Origin: an uncultured Candidatus Saccharibacteria bacterium
GTDB lineage: Bacteria > Patescibacteriota > Minisyncoccia > Phycocordibacterales > CAZPGN01
DNA length: 64,000 nt
Assembly: GCA_964586635.1 (NCBI GenBank)
Contig: CAZPGN010000002.1
Coordinates: 17,368 to 81,367, forward strand
Reading direction: 5' to 3'
The translations under genes and the position numbers were made by a program. The notes beneath the pieces were generated by a model, which saw only the letters and a list, made by a program, of their open reading frames with translations, was not told the DNA's origin and did no database searches. Below are positions 41,214-49,619 of the stretch, piece by piece (positions within the stretch are counted from its first letter, which is position 1; every line of letters begins with the position of its first letter).

Positions 41214-41242
41214 GATATGGTGTTTGAAAATGGAAGCGTTCG

Positions 41243-41473
41243 TTACGCAGGAAGGAGAAGCGAAATAATCGCTGCGACAACAAACAGTATGCTGACAAAC
41301 GCCGTCCCCCAGAAGAGATATTTTTCGAGGCCGCGCTTCTCGTACACAGCGCCACCCATTCCGCCAAAGGCATTCCCAAGACCGCCCTCGCTCTGTTGGA
41401 AGAGAATAAGGGTTGCCAGGATCACCGAGAGGACGATCTGGATGGTGGGCAATGAGTTACCGAGTTGCTCCAT
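41243..41473 (-). CDS. secG: preprotein translocase subunit SecG
   Basis: two TM helices with Gly-rich loop LGNAFGGMGG typical of SecG. Confidence 0.75.
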   Translation of the reverse strand: MEQLGNSLPTIQIVLSVILATLILFQQSEGGLGNAFGGMGGAVYEKRGLEKYLFWGTAFVSILFVVAAIISLLLPA

Positions 41474-41510
41474 TTCGCGTCACTCTACCAGAGGCTCGTG
41501 AAATATGCAA

Positions 41511-41537
41511 GGATGAAGGGGTCAGGAGCCTTCATTT
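41511..41537. repeat. 27-nt hairpin element GATGAAGGGGTCAGGAGCCTTCATTTT, copy 1 (identical copy at 59906-59932)
   Basis: exact 27/27 identity between the two loci; 8-bp stem, 9-nt loop; on minus strand begins uORF MKAPDPFILAYFTSLW ending 11 nt before secG ATG. Confidence 0.5.
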
Positions 41538-41644
41538 TATAGTAGCAAAATCGAATTCTTTGGGAAAGACTCGCACTTGACCAAATGCTGTGCCATATAT
41601 ACAATTCTGGGAACTTTACCAGTTAGCACAGCGTAATCGTACCT

Positions 41645-41962
41645 ATGGCAAAATCAGGAAAAACGCATATTCGACCGCTTGGTGATCGCGTGCTTGTGCG
41701 ACCACTCAGCGAAGTGGAGCGCGGTTCTCAAACGAAGGCTGGGATATTTATCCCCGATACGGCTGAATCGGAGAGGCCCGAACAAGGCACGGTCATCGCC
41801 GTTGGTCCTGGGAAAATGGGAGAAGACGGAAAGGCGCTTCCGATGCAAACGAAAACGGGACAAGTGGTATTGTTTACCAAGTACGGTCCTGACGAAATCA
41901 AAGTCGATGGCGAGCGATATCTGGTGGTAAGCGAGTCAAATATCCTCGCGGTTATTGAGTAA
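41645..41962 (+). CDS. groES: co-chaperonin GroES
   Basis: IRPLGDRVLVRP... Confidence 0.95.
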   Translation: MAKSGKTHIRPLGDRVLVRPLSEVERGSQTKAGIFIPDTAESERPEQGTVIAVGPGKMGEDGKALPMQTKTGQVVLFTKYGPDEIKVDGERYLVVSESNILAVIE

Positions 41963-41979
41963 TACCCTACAGAAAGATT

Positions 41980-43635
41980 ATGGCGAAACAAATTCTATTT
42001 AATGATGACGCGCGACAAGCGCTGAAGCGAGGGGTAGATACGGTCGCGGATGCCGTTCGTATTACGATAGGCCCGCGCGGGCGAAATGTTGTTTATGACA
42101 AAGGATACGGCGGTCCGACTATCACGAACGACGGAGTTTCTATCGCAAAGGAGATAACGCTCGCGGACAAAACTGAAAACCTCGGGGCAGAGATCATAAA
42201 AGAAGTTGCGGAAAAGACGAATGACGCCGCCGGAGACGGCACAACGACTTCCATTATCCTGATGCAAGCTATTGTGGCAGAGGGGATGAGGCGCATAGCC
42301 GCCGGACACAACCCGATGGGGTTGCGCCTTGGTATCGAACGAGCGGCGGCGGAGGTTATTTCCGCGCTTGGCGAAATGGCGACACCCATAAAAGGCAAGC
42401 AGGAGATCGCGCAGGTTGCGGCTATCTCCGCCGAATCAGACGAACTCGGCAAGATAATTAGTGATGCCATCGACAAAGTCGGCAAGGATGGCGTTGTTAC
42501 AGTCGAAGAATCTCAGTCGTTCAGCGTTGAATCGGAGGTCGTCGAGGGCATGCAGTTTGATAAAGGGTATGTTTCTCCTTACATGGTTACGAATCCGGAG
42601 CGAATGGAGGCTGAATATCAAGACCCATACATTCTTATCACAGACCGCAAGGTCTCATCCATCAAAGATATTTTGCCGCTTCTCGAAAAACTCGCTCAAT
42701 CTGGCAAGAAAGAACTCGTGATCATCGCCGATGATGTGGACGGAGAAGCGCTCCCGACTTTGGTGCTCAATAAGATTCGCGGCGCGTTTAACACCCTTGC
42801 TATAAAAGCCCCTGGTTATGGCGACAGAAAGAAAGAGATGCTCGAAGATATTGCGGTACTGACAGGCGGGCGCGTTATTTCCGAAGATGTTGGGCTTAAA
42901 CTTGAGGGCATTGAAGTTTCAATGTTGGGTCGCGCACGACGAGTTACTTCTGGCAAGGATGCCACTACTGTCGTCGGTGGAAAAGGCCGCAAGGATGCCA
43001 TTGAAGCCCGTGTTCAGCAAATACGCCGCGCCCTCGAAACGACCACCTCGTCGTTTGATAAAGACAAGCTCAAAGAACGACTTGCGAAGCTTTCGAGCGG
43101 AGTCGCGGTTATTCGCGTTGGCGCCGCTACTGAAACGGAGATGAAATACAAGAAATTGAAGATCGAGGATGCGGCGGAAGCAACCAAAGCCGCAATTGCT
43201 GAAGGCATCGTGCCGGGCGGCGGCACTGCTCTGCTTCGCGCGGGACAAACTGTTGCAAAGAAAAAAATGAATCCTCCCTCGACAGATATTAAAAACGAAT
43301 TTCAAGCTGGCGTTGAAGTGCTCTTGGGAGCCCTTGCTTCCCCTCTTCGTCAAATCGCCGTTAATGCTGGCAAGGGCGACGGCTCGCTCATCGTGGACAA
43401 GGTGGAGGGCGCGTCCGCAAAGGCCGGCTATAATGCCCAAGCAGATCAAGTTGTGCCAGATATGATCGCCGCCGGTATCATTGATCCGGTCAAGGTTACG
43501 CGAACATCGCTTCAAAACGCCGCATCAGCCGCGGGAATATTGCTTACCACTGATGTTGCGATTACGGAAGCCCCGAAGAAAGAAGAGTCCCTACCACACC
43601 CGGGCGGAATGCCGGGCGGCGGAATGGATTTCTAA
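41980..43635 (+). CDS. groEL: chaperonin GroEL
   Basis: full Cpn60 sequence incl. C-terminal GGM tail. Confidence 0.97.
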   Translation: MAKQILFNDDARQALKRGVDTVADAVRITIGPRGRNVVYDKGYGGPTITNDGVSIAKEITLADKTENLGAEIIKEVAEKTNDAAGDGTTTSIILMQAIVAEGMRRIAAGHNPMGLRLGIERAAAEVISALGEMATPIKGKQEIAQVAAISAESDELGKIISDAIDKVGKDGVVTVEESQSFSVESEVVEGMQFDKGYVSPYMVTNPERMEAEYQDPYILITDRKVSSIKDILPLLEKLAQSGKKELVIIADDVDGEALPTLVLNKIRGAFNTLAIKAPGYGDRKKEMLEDIAVLTGGRVISEDVGLKLEGIEVSMLGRARRVTSGKDATTVVGGKGRKDAIEARVQQIRRALETTTSSFDKDKLKERLAKLSSGVAVIRVGAATETEMKYKKLKIEDAAEATKAAIAEGIVPGGGTALLRAGQTVAKKKMNPPSTDIKNEFQAGVEVLLGALASPLRQIAVNAGKGDGSLIVDKVEGASAKAGYNAQADQVVPDMIAAGIIDPVKVTRTSLQNAASAAGILLTTDVAITEAPKKEESLPHPGGMPGGGMDF

Positions 43636-43653
43636 GGAATCTCTAGACAAAAC

Positions 43654-43697
43654 AAAACCCCCTTTTCGGAAGACCCGAAAAGGGGGTTTTGTTTTGT
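43654..43697. terminator. strong intrinsic terminator after groEL
   Basis: aaaaccccc-ttttcgg-aagacc-cgaaaa-gggggtttt then T-run. Confidence 0.8.
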
Positions 43698-43945
43698 TAT
43701 CCACATTTCGCTTGACAATGTAAATACTGCTCTGGTAACATCTGCGGGCTGTGCGGGAACGCGCAGTAGTTTTTTTAGGCAGTTCTTTCAAAATCGAGTT
43801 CAAGCGCAGTACTGGACTGGCGCAGTCCGTTGTGTTCGTGTCGAGAAGACGCGCGCATAACGGACTGCGCCACCACGCGCATTCCAAGGGGGAGTTACAC
43901 AAACTCGATCGTGCACGCGCGATCGAAAAACTTCAAGGAGCTTTC

Positions 43946-44758
43946 GTGAGGAACAAGAACCAGAACCGGCAGAACCACAAGTCCTCGAACCAGAACCAGC
44001 GTCAGAATCGACACCGGAACGGAAACCAGAACGAGGGACAGGAGAACCAGAACCGTCAGGCCAAGACGCAGGAGAGACAGGAACGCAACTCCGCGGGCCA
44101 GCGGAGAAACAAGCGCAACGAGCCGACCGTCCGAAGCCAGCTCGCACCGAGGGATCAGGCGACAGAGATCACACACAAGATCTCGGTTGCGGGACTCGCA
44201 AAGGGCCTGCGTGCAATCGCGCATCTCGTGACCAAGGCGCTCGACATGACGGCGAAGGTGTGCGGACTCGGGAGGATCGGCGGACTCGCCACGACGAAGA
44301 GCGATGACGAGGAGTCGAAGCTCTCCATCACCGTGCGACCCACGCCGCAACACGCGGCGAATGGCCAGGGGGGCTACACCAAGAAGGTCGCCGCTCGGAA
44401 GCCGAATCTGTTCACCTTCCTCGGGAAGGACGAACAGAACAATTGGACTGCAACGCTAGACACACGGTTCTCGGACCTGAACGATCCCTGGGTGGCGGTC
44501 ACGCTCTTCAAGCTGACAGAGCTGATGGAGCGCAAGATGACTGACGGAATGCTCGTGGGAGCTCTCACGCTCCCCGGGTCGGAGAAGACCTCATACCAGA
44601 GTGTCATGCTCACGAGGGAGGTTCTCCGTGTGATCGGGAAGGCAATCGCCGAGAACGCAACTCCCGAGAACTTCCGCGAGACGCTCGCGCGAACAACCAT
44701 GATCGCACAGGTCGCGGGCACCAGGACGCAGAGTCAGGCGACTCTCGCCCAGGCCTGA
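43946..44758 (+). CDS. hypothetical protein with N/Q/R-rich low-complexity N-terminus; distinct (GC3-rich, AAG/GAG/GAC) codon usage
   Basis: GTG start 5 nt after AAGGAG; ORF-track ATG at 43751 would run through palindromic DNA repeats so judged less likely. Confidence 0.5.
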   Translation: MRNKNQNRQNHKSSNQNQRQNRHRNGNQNEGQENQNRQAKTQERQERNSAGQRRNKRNEPTVRSQLAPRDQATEITHKISVAGLAKGLRAIAHLVTKALDMTAKVCGLGRIGGLATTKSDDEESKLSITVRPTPQHAANGQGGYTKKVAARKPNLFTFLGKDEQNNWTATLDTRFSDLNDPWVAVTLFKLTELMERKMTDGMLVGALTLPGSEKTSYQSVMLTREVLRVIGKAIAENATPENFRETLARTTMIAQVAGTRTQSQATLAQA

Positions 44759-44806
44759 ACTGAACGAACTCGATGTGCGTGCGCTCTGCGCGCGCACCCC
44801 ACACGG

Positions 44807-44846
44807 CCCCGATTCGACGCAAGTCGAATCGGGGCCTTTCTTTTTC
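44807..44846 (+). terminator. intrinsic terminator
   Basis: ccccgattcgac-gcaa-gtcgaatcgggg then CCTTTCTTTTT. Confidence 0.7.
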
Positions 44847-44898
44847 CACAGATTATCCACGCTAGTATCCACCACTTTTCCACATATCCACCGAAATA

Positions 44899-44926
44899 TT
44901 GACAGTTTATTATGCACTGTTATGAT
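44899..44926 (+). promoter_or_regulatory. putative sigma70 promoter TTGACA-N16-TATGAT
   Basis: near-consensus hexamers 90 nt upstream of ORF 45016. Confidence 0.45.
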
Positions 44927-45015
44927 GGCGTGCTGCAGAAAGGTCTGCGGCTGGCGCTTAACTTGGCGTTGAGGGCCACAGTTCTTAACAGCAGTACGGA
45001 CAAAGGGGTATCAGA

Positions 45016-45198
45016 ATGAGGAGATATGCCTCCCAGACTCGGCACCGAAGAAGCGAGAAGAAGATACGGAAGATCGAGGTGCAAGCGGAACGGGCCATCG
45101 TGGCGCCCGTCCGCGACGAGTCGGGGATGTATGAGGTAGAGGTCAGGAACGGCACTGCCGAGAACATTCGGCAACGCGGGGTCATTGACCTCGAGTGA
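45016..45198 (+). CDS. hypothetical 60-aa protein
   Basis: AAAGGGG RBS 7 nt upstream; own promoter and terminator. Confidence 0.4.
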   Translation: MRRYASQTRHRRSEKKIRKIEVQAERAIVAPVRDESGMYEVEVRNGTAENIRQRGVIDLE

Positions 45199-45217
45199 TT
45201 CTCATCGTCCTGCCCAG

Positions 45218-45250
45218 ACCGCTTTTCACAGAAAAGCGGTCTTTAATTTC
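45218..45250 (+). terminator. intrinsic terminator
   Basis: gaccgcttttc-aca-gaaaagcggtc then TTTAATTT. Confidence 0.65.
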
Positions 45251-45259
45251 CAAAGTTTT

Positions 45260-45296
45260 CAAGGTTCAACCTAGGTTCAACCCAGGTTGAACCTTG
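45260..45296. repeat. iteron-like triple repeat: CAAGGTTCAACC-TA-GGTTCAACC-CA-GGTTGAACCTTG (two direct + one inverted 9-mer)
   Basis: read directly; lies between two convergent terminators next to wHTH-like gene. Confidence 0.5.
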
Positions 45297-45300
45297 AAAA

Positions 45301-45326
45301 GGAAAAACCGAAGCGGTGAGCTTCGG
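45301..45326 (-). terminator. intrinsic terminator for minus-strand gene 45352-46233
   Basis: ccgaagc-ggtga-gcttcgg, U-tract on minus strand (plus-strand ggaaaaa). Confidence 0.55.
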
Positions 45327-45351
45327 CGTTATATCGGATATTGCATTTATC

Positions 45352-46233
45352 CTAGAGTGCCCGGGGATTAGATTTATTGTCGCGCGGCGCCAGGGCGCGT
45401 AACAATTCGTATCCCTTTGGGGTAATGTAATATAGGGAAAATGGACCGCTTCGGTGCGCGCGATAATACTTATCTTGCGTACCGAGTTTTTGAAATCGGA
45501 GCTTGGACATGTTGCTTTCTTCCGGGACATGCTCATGTATTGATTCGAGAGCAAGTCCAGGATCGAAGTCTCCATTTTTCCTTGCGATTTTTTGAATTGC
45601 GCACAGTATCCGGTACATCCGTCCCTGTTTCTTTCGGGCCTGGTGGAGTCCGTTTGAAGGCGGCTGTGCCAATATCTGCCTGCGCAGTTCATCCTGCTCC
45701 TGCAGGATCACCTGAACGGTTGCCTCCCGAATCGACTCTATGGTGCGGATGTTGGTTTGCATTCTTTCCTGCCACTCCTTGAGCGCCGCCAGTTGTTTTC
45801 GCGGCGATGGATTATTGCTTAGCAAGAGCATTTCTGGCTTGAGTTCGAAATCATGAGATTCAGCAACTTCTTCCGGAGAGTGTCCATCTGCCGCGTCCTC
45901 GAAGACCGCAAGAGCCAACTCAAGTCGCTTCAAGAAGCGATCGGGCTTCATATTCTCTGGAGGCGCGAGGTAGGTTGCATAACAGAGATCATCAATGTAT
46001 ATGAGAATATATACACAGAGAGGTCCTCCGGGCACGGGCGCTCTGCGTTGTTCCGAGACGCGTATTCCCGATATGCCCGAGACATGTTCGCCTCGATATG
46101 GCGCACCATCATGCACGAACAGCGTACACTCGAAGCGCGAACAGCGCGCATAACAAAGAAGTTCGGCGAGCTTCTCTCGGAGAGAATCCGAGACAGGCTC
46201 TACACCAAGGGGGACCATTTTGAGCAATGTCAC
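45352..46233 (-). CDS. hypothetical protein; Cys-rich N-terminal domain and C-terminal winged-helix-like DNA-binding region (possible replication/recombination initiator)
   Basis: C-terminal RMYRILCAIQKIAR...LYYITPKGYELL resembles wHTH; no confident family. Confidence 0.45.
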   Translation of the reverse strand: MTLLKMVPLGVEPVSDSLREKLAELLCYARCSRFECTLFVHDGAPYRGEHVSGISGIRVSEQRRAPVPGGPLCVYILIYIDDLCYATYLAPPENMKPDRFLKRLELALAVFEDAADGHSPEEVAESHDFELKPEMLLLSNNPSPRKQLAALKEWQERMQTNIRTIESIREATVQVILQEQDELRRQILAQPPSNGLHQARKKQGRMYRILCAIQKIARKNGDFDPGLALESIHEHVPEESNMSKLRFQKLGTQDKYYRAHRSGPFSLYYITPKGYELLRALAPRDNKSNPRAL

Positions 46234-46473
46234 GAGTTTCCTCCATTCTTTTCAAGAAACCATGTTCGTTGCGATACTGCCACGATGTGGAATCGTCTGT
46301 CAACGCCCCGTGGTAAAGATCCACCAGCTTGGAATCATGGACTATTGACAAAGTATTTCCAATAATTTAGGATTTTGCGCATATTGTTCTTTTCGCGCGC
46401 AATATATAAAAACGGCAAACTCTCCTGTTGCGGGTATTAATGAGAAGTATCGTGTATCGTTTAGGAGAGTAAG

Positions 46474-46917
46474 ATGAAAGGTAAGCGTAAGTGGGTCCTG
46501 GCCGCAAAAATGGAAGACGCGACAAGGCTGGAGGAAGTACTTTCCGCCTTCGCGATGCTTCCAGATGCGGATGTTCGCCTCGTGATCATGAATTGCGTAG
46601 GCGTACAAATTGACATGCGCTGGACATGGGAAACCGTGGACTGCGCAGAAGAAATAATCGAATCGGACCCTCTAATAGGGGCCAGATTCGAAGTCGAATA
46701 CCAGGACCAGAGGATCAAGATCGCCAATTCGGAAGAGGCGATCTTGCTCGAGGAGGAGGGGTACACACCGCTCGATATCGACGATCTCGAGAAGATCGTT
46801 GCATCGAGAGGGGAAGCCCTCCCCCCGGTGTTTGAGTTTCCGACACCGGAGTATGTTCTTGAGTCCCGTAGGGGAAAGAGCGGGGAATTAATTCCTGCCT
46901 TCCTCTACATCGTCTGA
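46474..46917 (+). CDS. hypothetical acidic protein
   Basis: ORF with terminator hairpin 46958-46989 downstream; no recognised domain. Confidence 0.45.
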   Translation: MKGKRKWVLAAKMEDATRLEEVLSAFAMLPDADVRLVIMNCVGVQIDMRWTWETVDCAEEIIESDPLIGARFEVEYQDQRIKIANSEEAILLEEEGYTPLDIDDLEKIVASRGEALPPVFEFPTPEYVLESRRGKSGELIPAFLYIV

Positions 46918-46986
46918 CTGACGGCCAATACAAAAAAGCCGTAATTGCGCGCGCAAGAAGCCGCCCGACTCTCGGAGGAGGGCGGC

Positions 46987-47015
46987 TTTACAATTTATGG
47001 GTCGCTTGGTAGTAT
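46987..47015 (+). promoter_or_regulatory. putative promoter TTTACA-N17-TAGTAT for rpsZ-rpsH-rplF operon
   Basis: hexamers 36 nt upstream of rpsZ ATG. Confidence 0.4.
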
Positions 47016-47050
47016 GGCGCCAAGCTCGACGAGAGCTTTTTATTGTCGCT

Positions 47051-47236
47051 ATGGCGAAAACTTCGGTAAAGGTTCGCGCGCTCAAATCTCCAAAATACAA
47101 GAGCCGTGTCGTGCGGCGCTGTTTCCGTTGCGGGCGCAAACGCTCATACATGCGTACATTCGATTTGTGCCGCATTTGTTTCCGAGAGCTTGCAAACGAA
47201 GGCAAGGTTCCTGGCGTGAAAAAGTCCTCGTGGTAA
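47051..47236 (+). CDS. rpsZ: 30S ribosomal protein S14 type Z (zinc-binding)
   Basis: MAKTSVKVR...CFRCGRKRSYMRTFDLCRICFRELA. Confidence 0.9.
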   Translation: MAKTSVKVRALKSPKYKSRVVRRCFRCGRKRSYMRTFDLCRICFRELANEGKVPGVKKSSW

Positions 47237-47650
47237 ATGAACATGGATCCGATCGCAGACATGATAATTCGAATAAAGAATGCGGGTATGGCTGGCAAGC
47301 CGACAGCGCTCGTTCCCTATTCGGAGCTGAATTTTCGTATTGCCGAAATCCTCGCGCGAGAAGGATATATTCAATCGGTCGCGCGCCGAGGCAAAAAGAT
47401 GAAGCGCTCGCTCGAGATAGAGCTTGCGTACGAAGCATTTGGCGCCGCGGCGCGCGACCGACGACATAAGATTACAAATGTACGCCGCGTATCGCACGTG
47501 TCGCATCGCATGTATCGCGGATATTCGGCGCTGAAACACGTTCGCCAAGGCTCTGGAATTTCCATAGTTTCAACCCCAAAAGGGCTTCTGACTGATACGG
47601 AAGCGCGAAAGGCAAAGGTCGGGGGCGAAGTGCTAATCGAGGTTTGGTAG
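47237..47650 (+). CDS. rpsH: 30S ribosomal protein S8
   Basis: DPIADMIIRIKNA uS8. Confidence 0.9.
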   Translation: MNMDPIADMIIRIKNAGMAGKPTALVPYSELNFRIAEILAREGYIQSVARRGKKMKRSLEIELAYEAFGAAARDRRHKITNVRRVSHVSHRMYRGYSALKHVRQGSGISIVSTPKGLLTDTEARKAKVGGEVLIEVW

Positions 47651-47661
47651 AAATTTTTATC

Positions 47662-48198
47662 ATGTCACGCATCGGCAAAAAACCAATTACCATACCGAGC
47701 GGTGTTACTGTCACAAAAGACGGCAGGACGCTCGCGATTAGCGGTCCGCGAGGCGTACTCGCGAGAGACTTTCGCGACGACATAGAAATCTCTATCGATG
47801 GAGGGGAAGTGAAGACCGCTCCGATTGCGGATTCGCCGTTCACGCGGGCTCTCTGGGGTACCTATGCTTCACATATCGGAAATATGCTTGCGGGAGTGAC
47901 GCAGGGATTCAAGAAGGTTCTGATTCTTGAAGGGGTTGGTTATCGCGCTGAAGTGCAGGGAACAAATCTAAAAATGGCTCTCGGTTTTTCGCATCCAGTT
48001 GTGTTGTCGATACCGAAGGGTATCACAGTGTCCGCAGAAAAAAATGTGTTGACTATCGAGGGAAACAACAAAGAAGAAGTCGGGGCATTTGCCGGAACGA
48101 TATATCATTTTAAGAAGTATGAGCCGTATAAAGGAAAGGGTTTCCATTATGAAGGACAGACCCTATACCGCAAGCAAGGCAAGAAAACTGCCGCATAA
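47662..48198 (+). CDS. rplF: 50S ribosomal protein L6
   Basis: MSRIGKKPITIP uL6. Confidence 0.9.
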   Translation: MSRIGKKPITIPSGVTVTKDGRTLAISGPRGVLARDFRDDIEISIDGGEVKTAPIADSPFTRALWGTYASHIGNMLAGVTQGFKKVLILEGVGYRAEVQGTNLKMALGFSHPVVLSIPKGITVSAEKNVLTIEGNNKEEVGAFAGTIYHFKKYEPYKGKGFHYEGQTLYRKQGKKTAA

Positions 48199-48205
48199 GT
48201 AATAT

Positions 48206-48586
48206 ATGTCCACATATCACATGGGTACATCGAGAATAGAAGCCCGTTCGCGCCGACACCGTCGCGTGCGCGCGAAGGTTGCAGGAACAGCCGCTCGCCC
48301 GCGCCTTTCGGTGTATCGGTCAAATCGAGATATGTCGGCACAACTCATTGATGATACGCGGGGTGTAACATTGGCATCAGCTAATAGCGTTGCGGTAGAA
48401 AAGACTATTGCAAAAGCGGCGAGAATAACAAAGACTGATAGCGCGCGGGCTATCGGGATGGCTATCGCCAAAGCCGGCAAGACGAAAGGAATATCGAATG
48501 TAGTTTTCGATCGGGGAGGGTATCGGTATATTGGGCGAGTTCAGGCGCTCGCGGAAGGCGCGCGTGAGGGGGGTCTCGTTTTTTAA
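48206..48586 (+). CDS. rplR: 50S ribosomal protein L18
   Basis: uL18 sequence, operon position. Confidence 0.85.
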   Translation: MSTYHMGTSRIEARSRRHRRVRAKVAGTAARPRLSVYRSNRDMSAQLIDDTRGVTLASANSVAVEKTIAKAARITKTDSARAIGMAIAKAGKTKGISNVVFDRGGYRYIGRVQALAEGAREGGLVF

Positions 48587-49161
48587 TGAACATGGAAACA
48601 GAGCAAGTAAAGGAACAACAGAGTGCGGTTACGGGGGCCGCGTCTCGTCGCCAACGAAACTCTTCGGCACATGGACAGTTGGGCGGAAATCGTCGTCCCA
48701 CGCGCCGTCGAGGCCCCGATCGCGGAGATCGACCAGCTCCTGAATTCGCGCAAAAAATTCTCGGAATCCGCCGTGTCGCGCGCGTAGTCGCCGGCGGAAG
48801 ACGCTTCAGCTTTTCTGTGGCGTTGGTGCTTGGCGATAAGCAAGGGCGCGTTGGGGTAGGTCTTGGAAAGGCGGGCGACACATCACTTGCCATCGATAAG
48901 GCGACAAAGAGCGCAAAGCGCGCCATGATAAAGGTTCCCCTTACGACTGATCGTTCAATTCGTACGGAGTCTGAAGCCAAATACGCCGCGTCCCGCGTGT
49001 TCTTGAAGCCAGCTCGAGGTCGCGGACTCGTTGCTGGAAGCGCGGTGCGTAGCGTGCTCGATCTCGCTGGCATTACAGATGTTGATGCCAAAGTGCTCTC
49101 GAGAAGCAAGAATCAGCTCAATAATGCACGCGCCGCACTCAAGGCGCTCGCGCGACTATAG
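48586..49161 (+). CDS. rpsE: 30S ribosomal protein S5 with Arg-rich N-terminal extension
   Basis: uS5 core (RVVAGGRRFSF...); no L30 gene follows. Confidence 0.9.
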   Translation: MNMETEQVKEQQSAVTGAASRRQRNSSAHGQLGGNRRPTRRRGPDRGDRPAPEFAQKILGIRRVARVVAGGRRFSFSVALVLGDKQGRVGVGLGKAGDTSLAIDKATKSAKRAMIKVPLTTDRSIRTESEAKYAASRVFLKPARGRGLVAGSAVRSVLDLAGITDVDAKVLSRSKNQLNNARAALKALARL

Positions 49162-49184
49162 CGGTAGCGACTACATAACTGCTT

Positions 49185-49619
49185 ATGCAAATTGGACAGC
49201 TAAAACGAAATACGGCGCGCAAAAAATCTCGGCGTGTTGGTCGCGGCGGCAAACGCGGCACCTTTTCTGGGCGCGGCACCAAGGGCCAAAAAGCCCGCGC
49301 GGGCCGCAAACTGCGTCCCGAATTGCGCGACATCATTAAAAAAATCCCCAAGTTGCGCGGGTATCGTTTTACTTCTATCGAAGTGAAACCATTCATATGC
49401 TCGATCGCTTCGCTTGATGCCTCGTTTGCATCAGGCGATGCGGTCAATCCTGCTACACTCGTCGCGCGAGGTCTTGTGCGGTGCCACGGCGGTCGCGTGC
49501 CTCGCGTAAAAATCCTCGGCCAAGGTGACCTCTCAAAAAAACTCACTGTAAGTGGGGTTTTGGTCTCGGCTTCCGCGCGCACGAAAATTGAATCTGCGGG
49601 TGGGACCATAGCACAATGA
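49185..49619 (+). CDS. rplO: 50S ribosomal protein L15
   Basis: RKKSRRVGRGGKRGTFSGRGTKGQKAR uL15. Confidence 0.85.
   Translation: MQIGQLKRNTARKKSRRVGRGGKRGTFSGRGTKGQKARAGRKLRPELRDIIKKIPKLRGYRFTSIEVKPFICSIASLDASFASGDAVNPATLVARGLVRCHGGRVPRVKILGQGDLSKKLTVSGVLVSASARTKIESAGGTIAQ

Noticed and set aside
41560-41644. CIRCE (HrcA operator) upstream of groES
   Set aside because: Only a half-site-like TTAGCAC is present, with no inverted partner, so it is not a CIRCE element.
43751-43945. ATG start at 43751 for the N/Q-rich island protein
   Set aside because: The upstream 65 codons run through palindromic DNA repeats and a probable promoter. A GTG 5 nt downstream of AAGGAG at 43946 is a better start. 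The call is uncertain.
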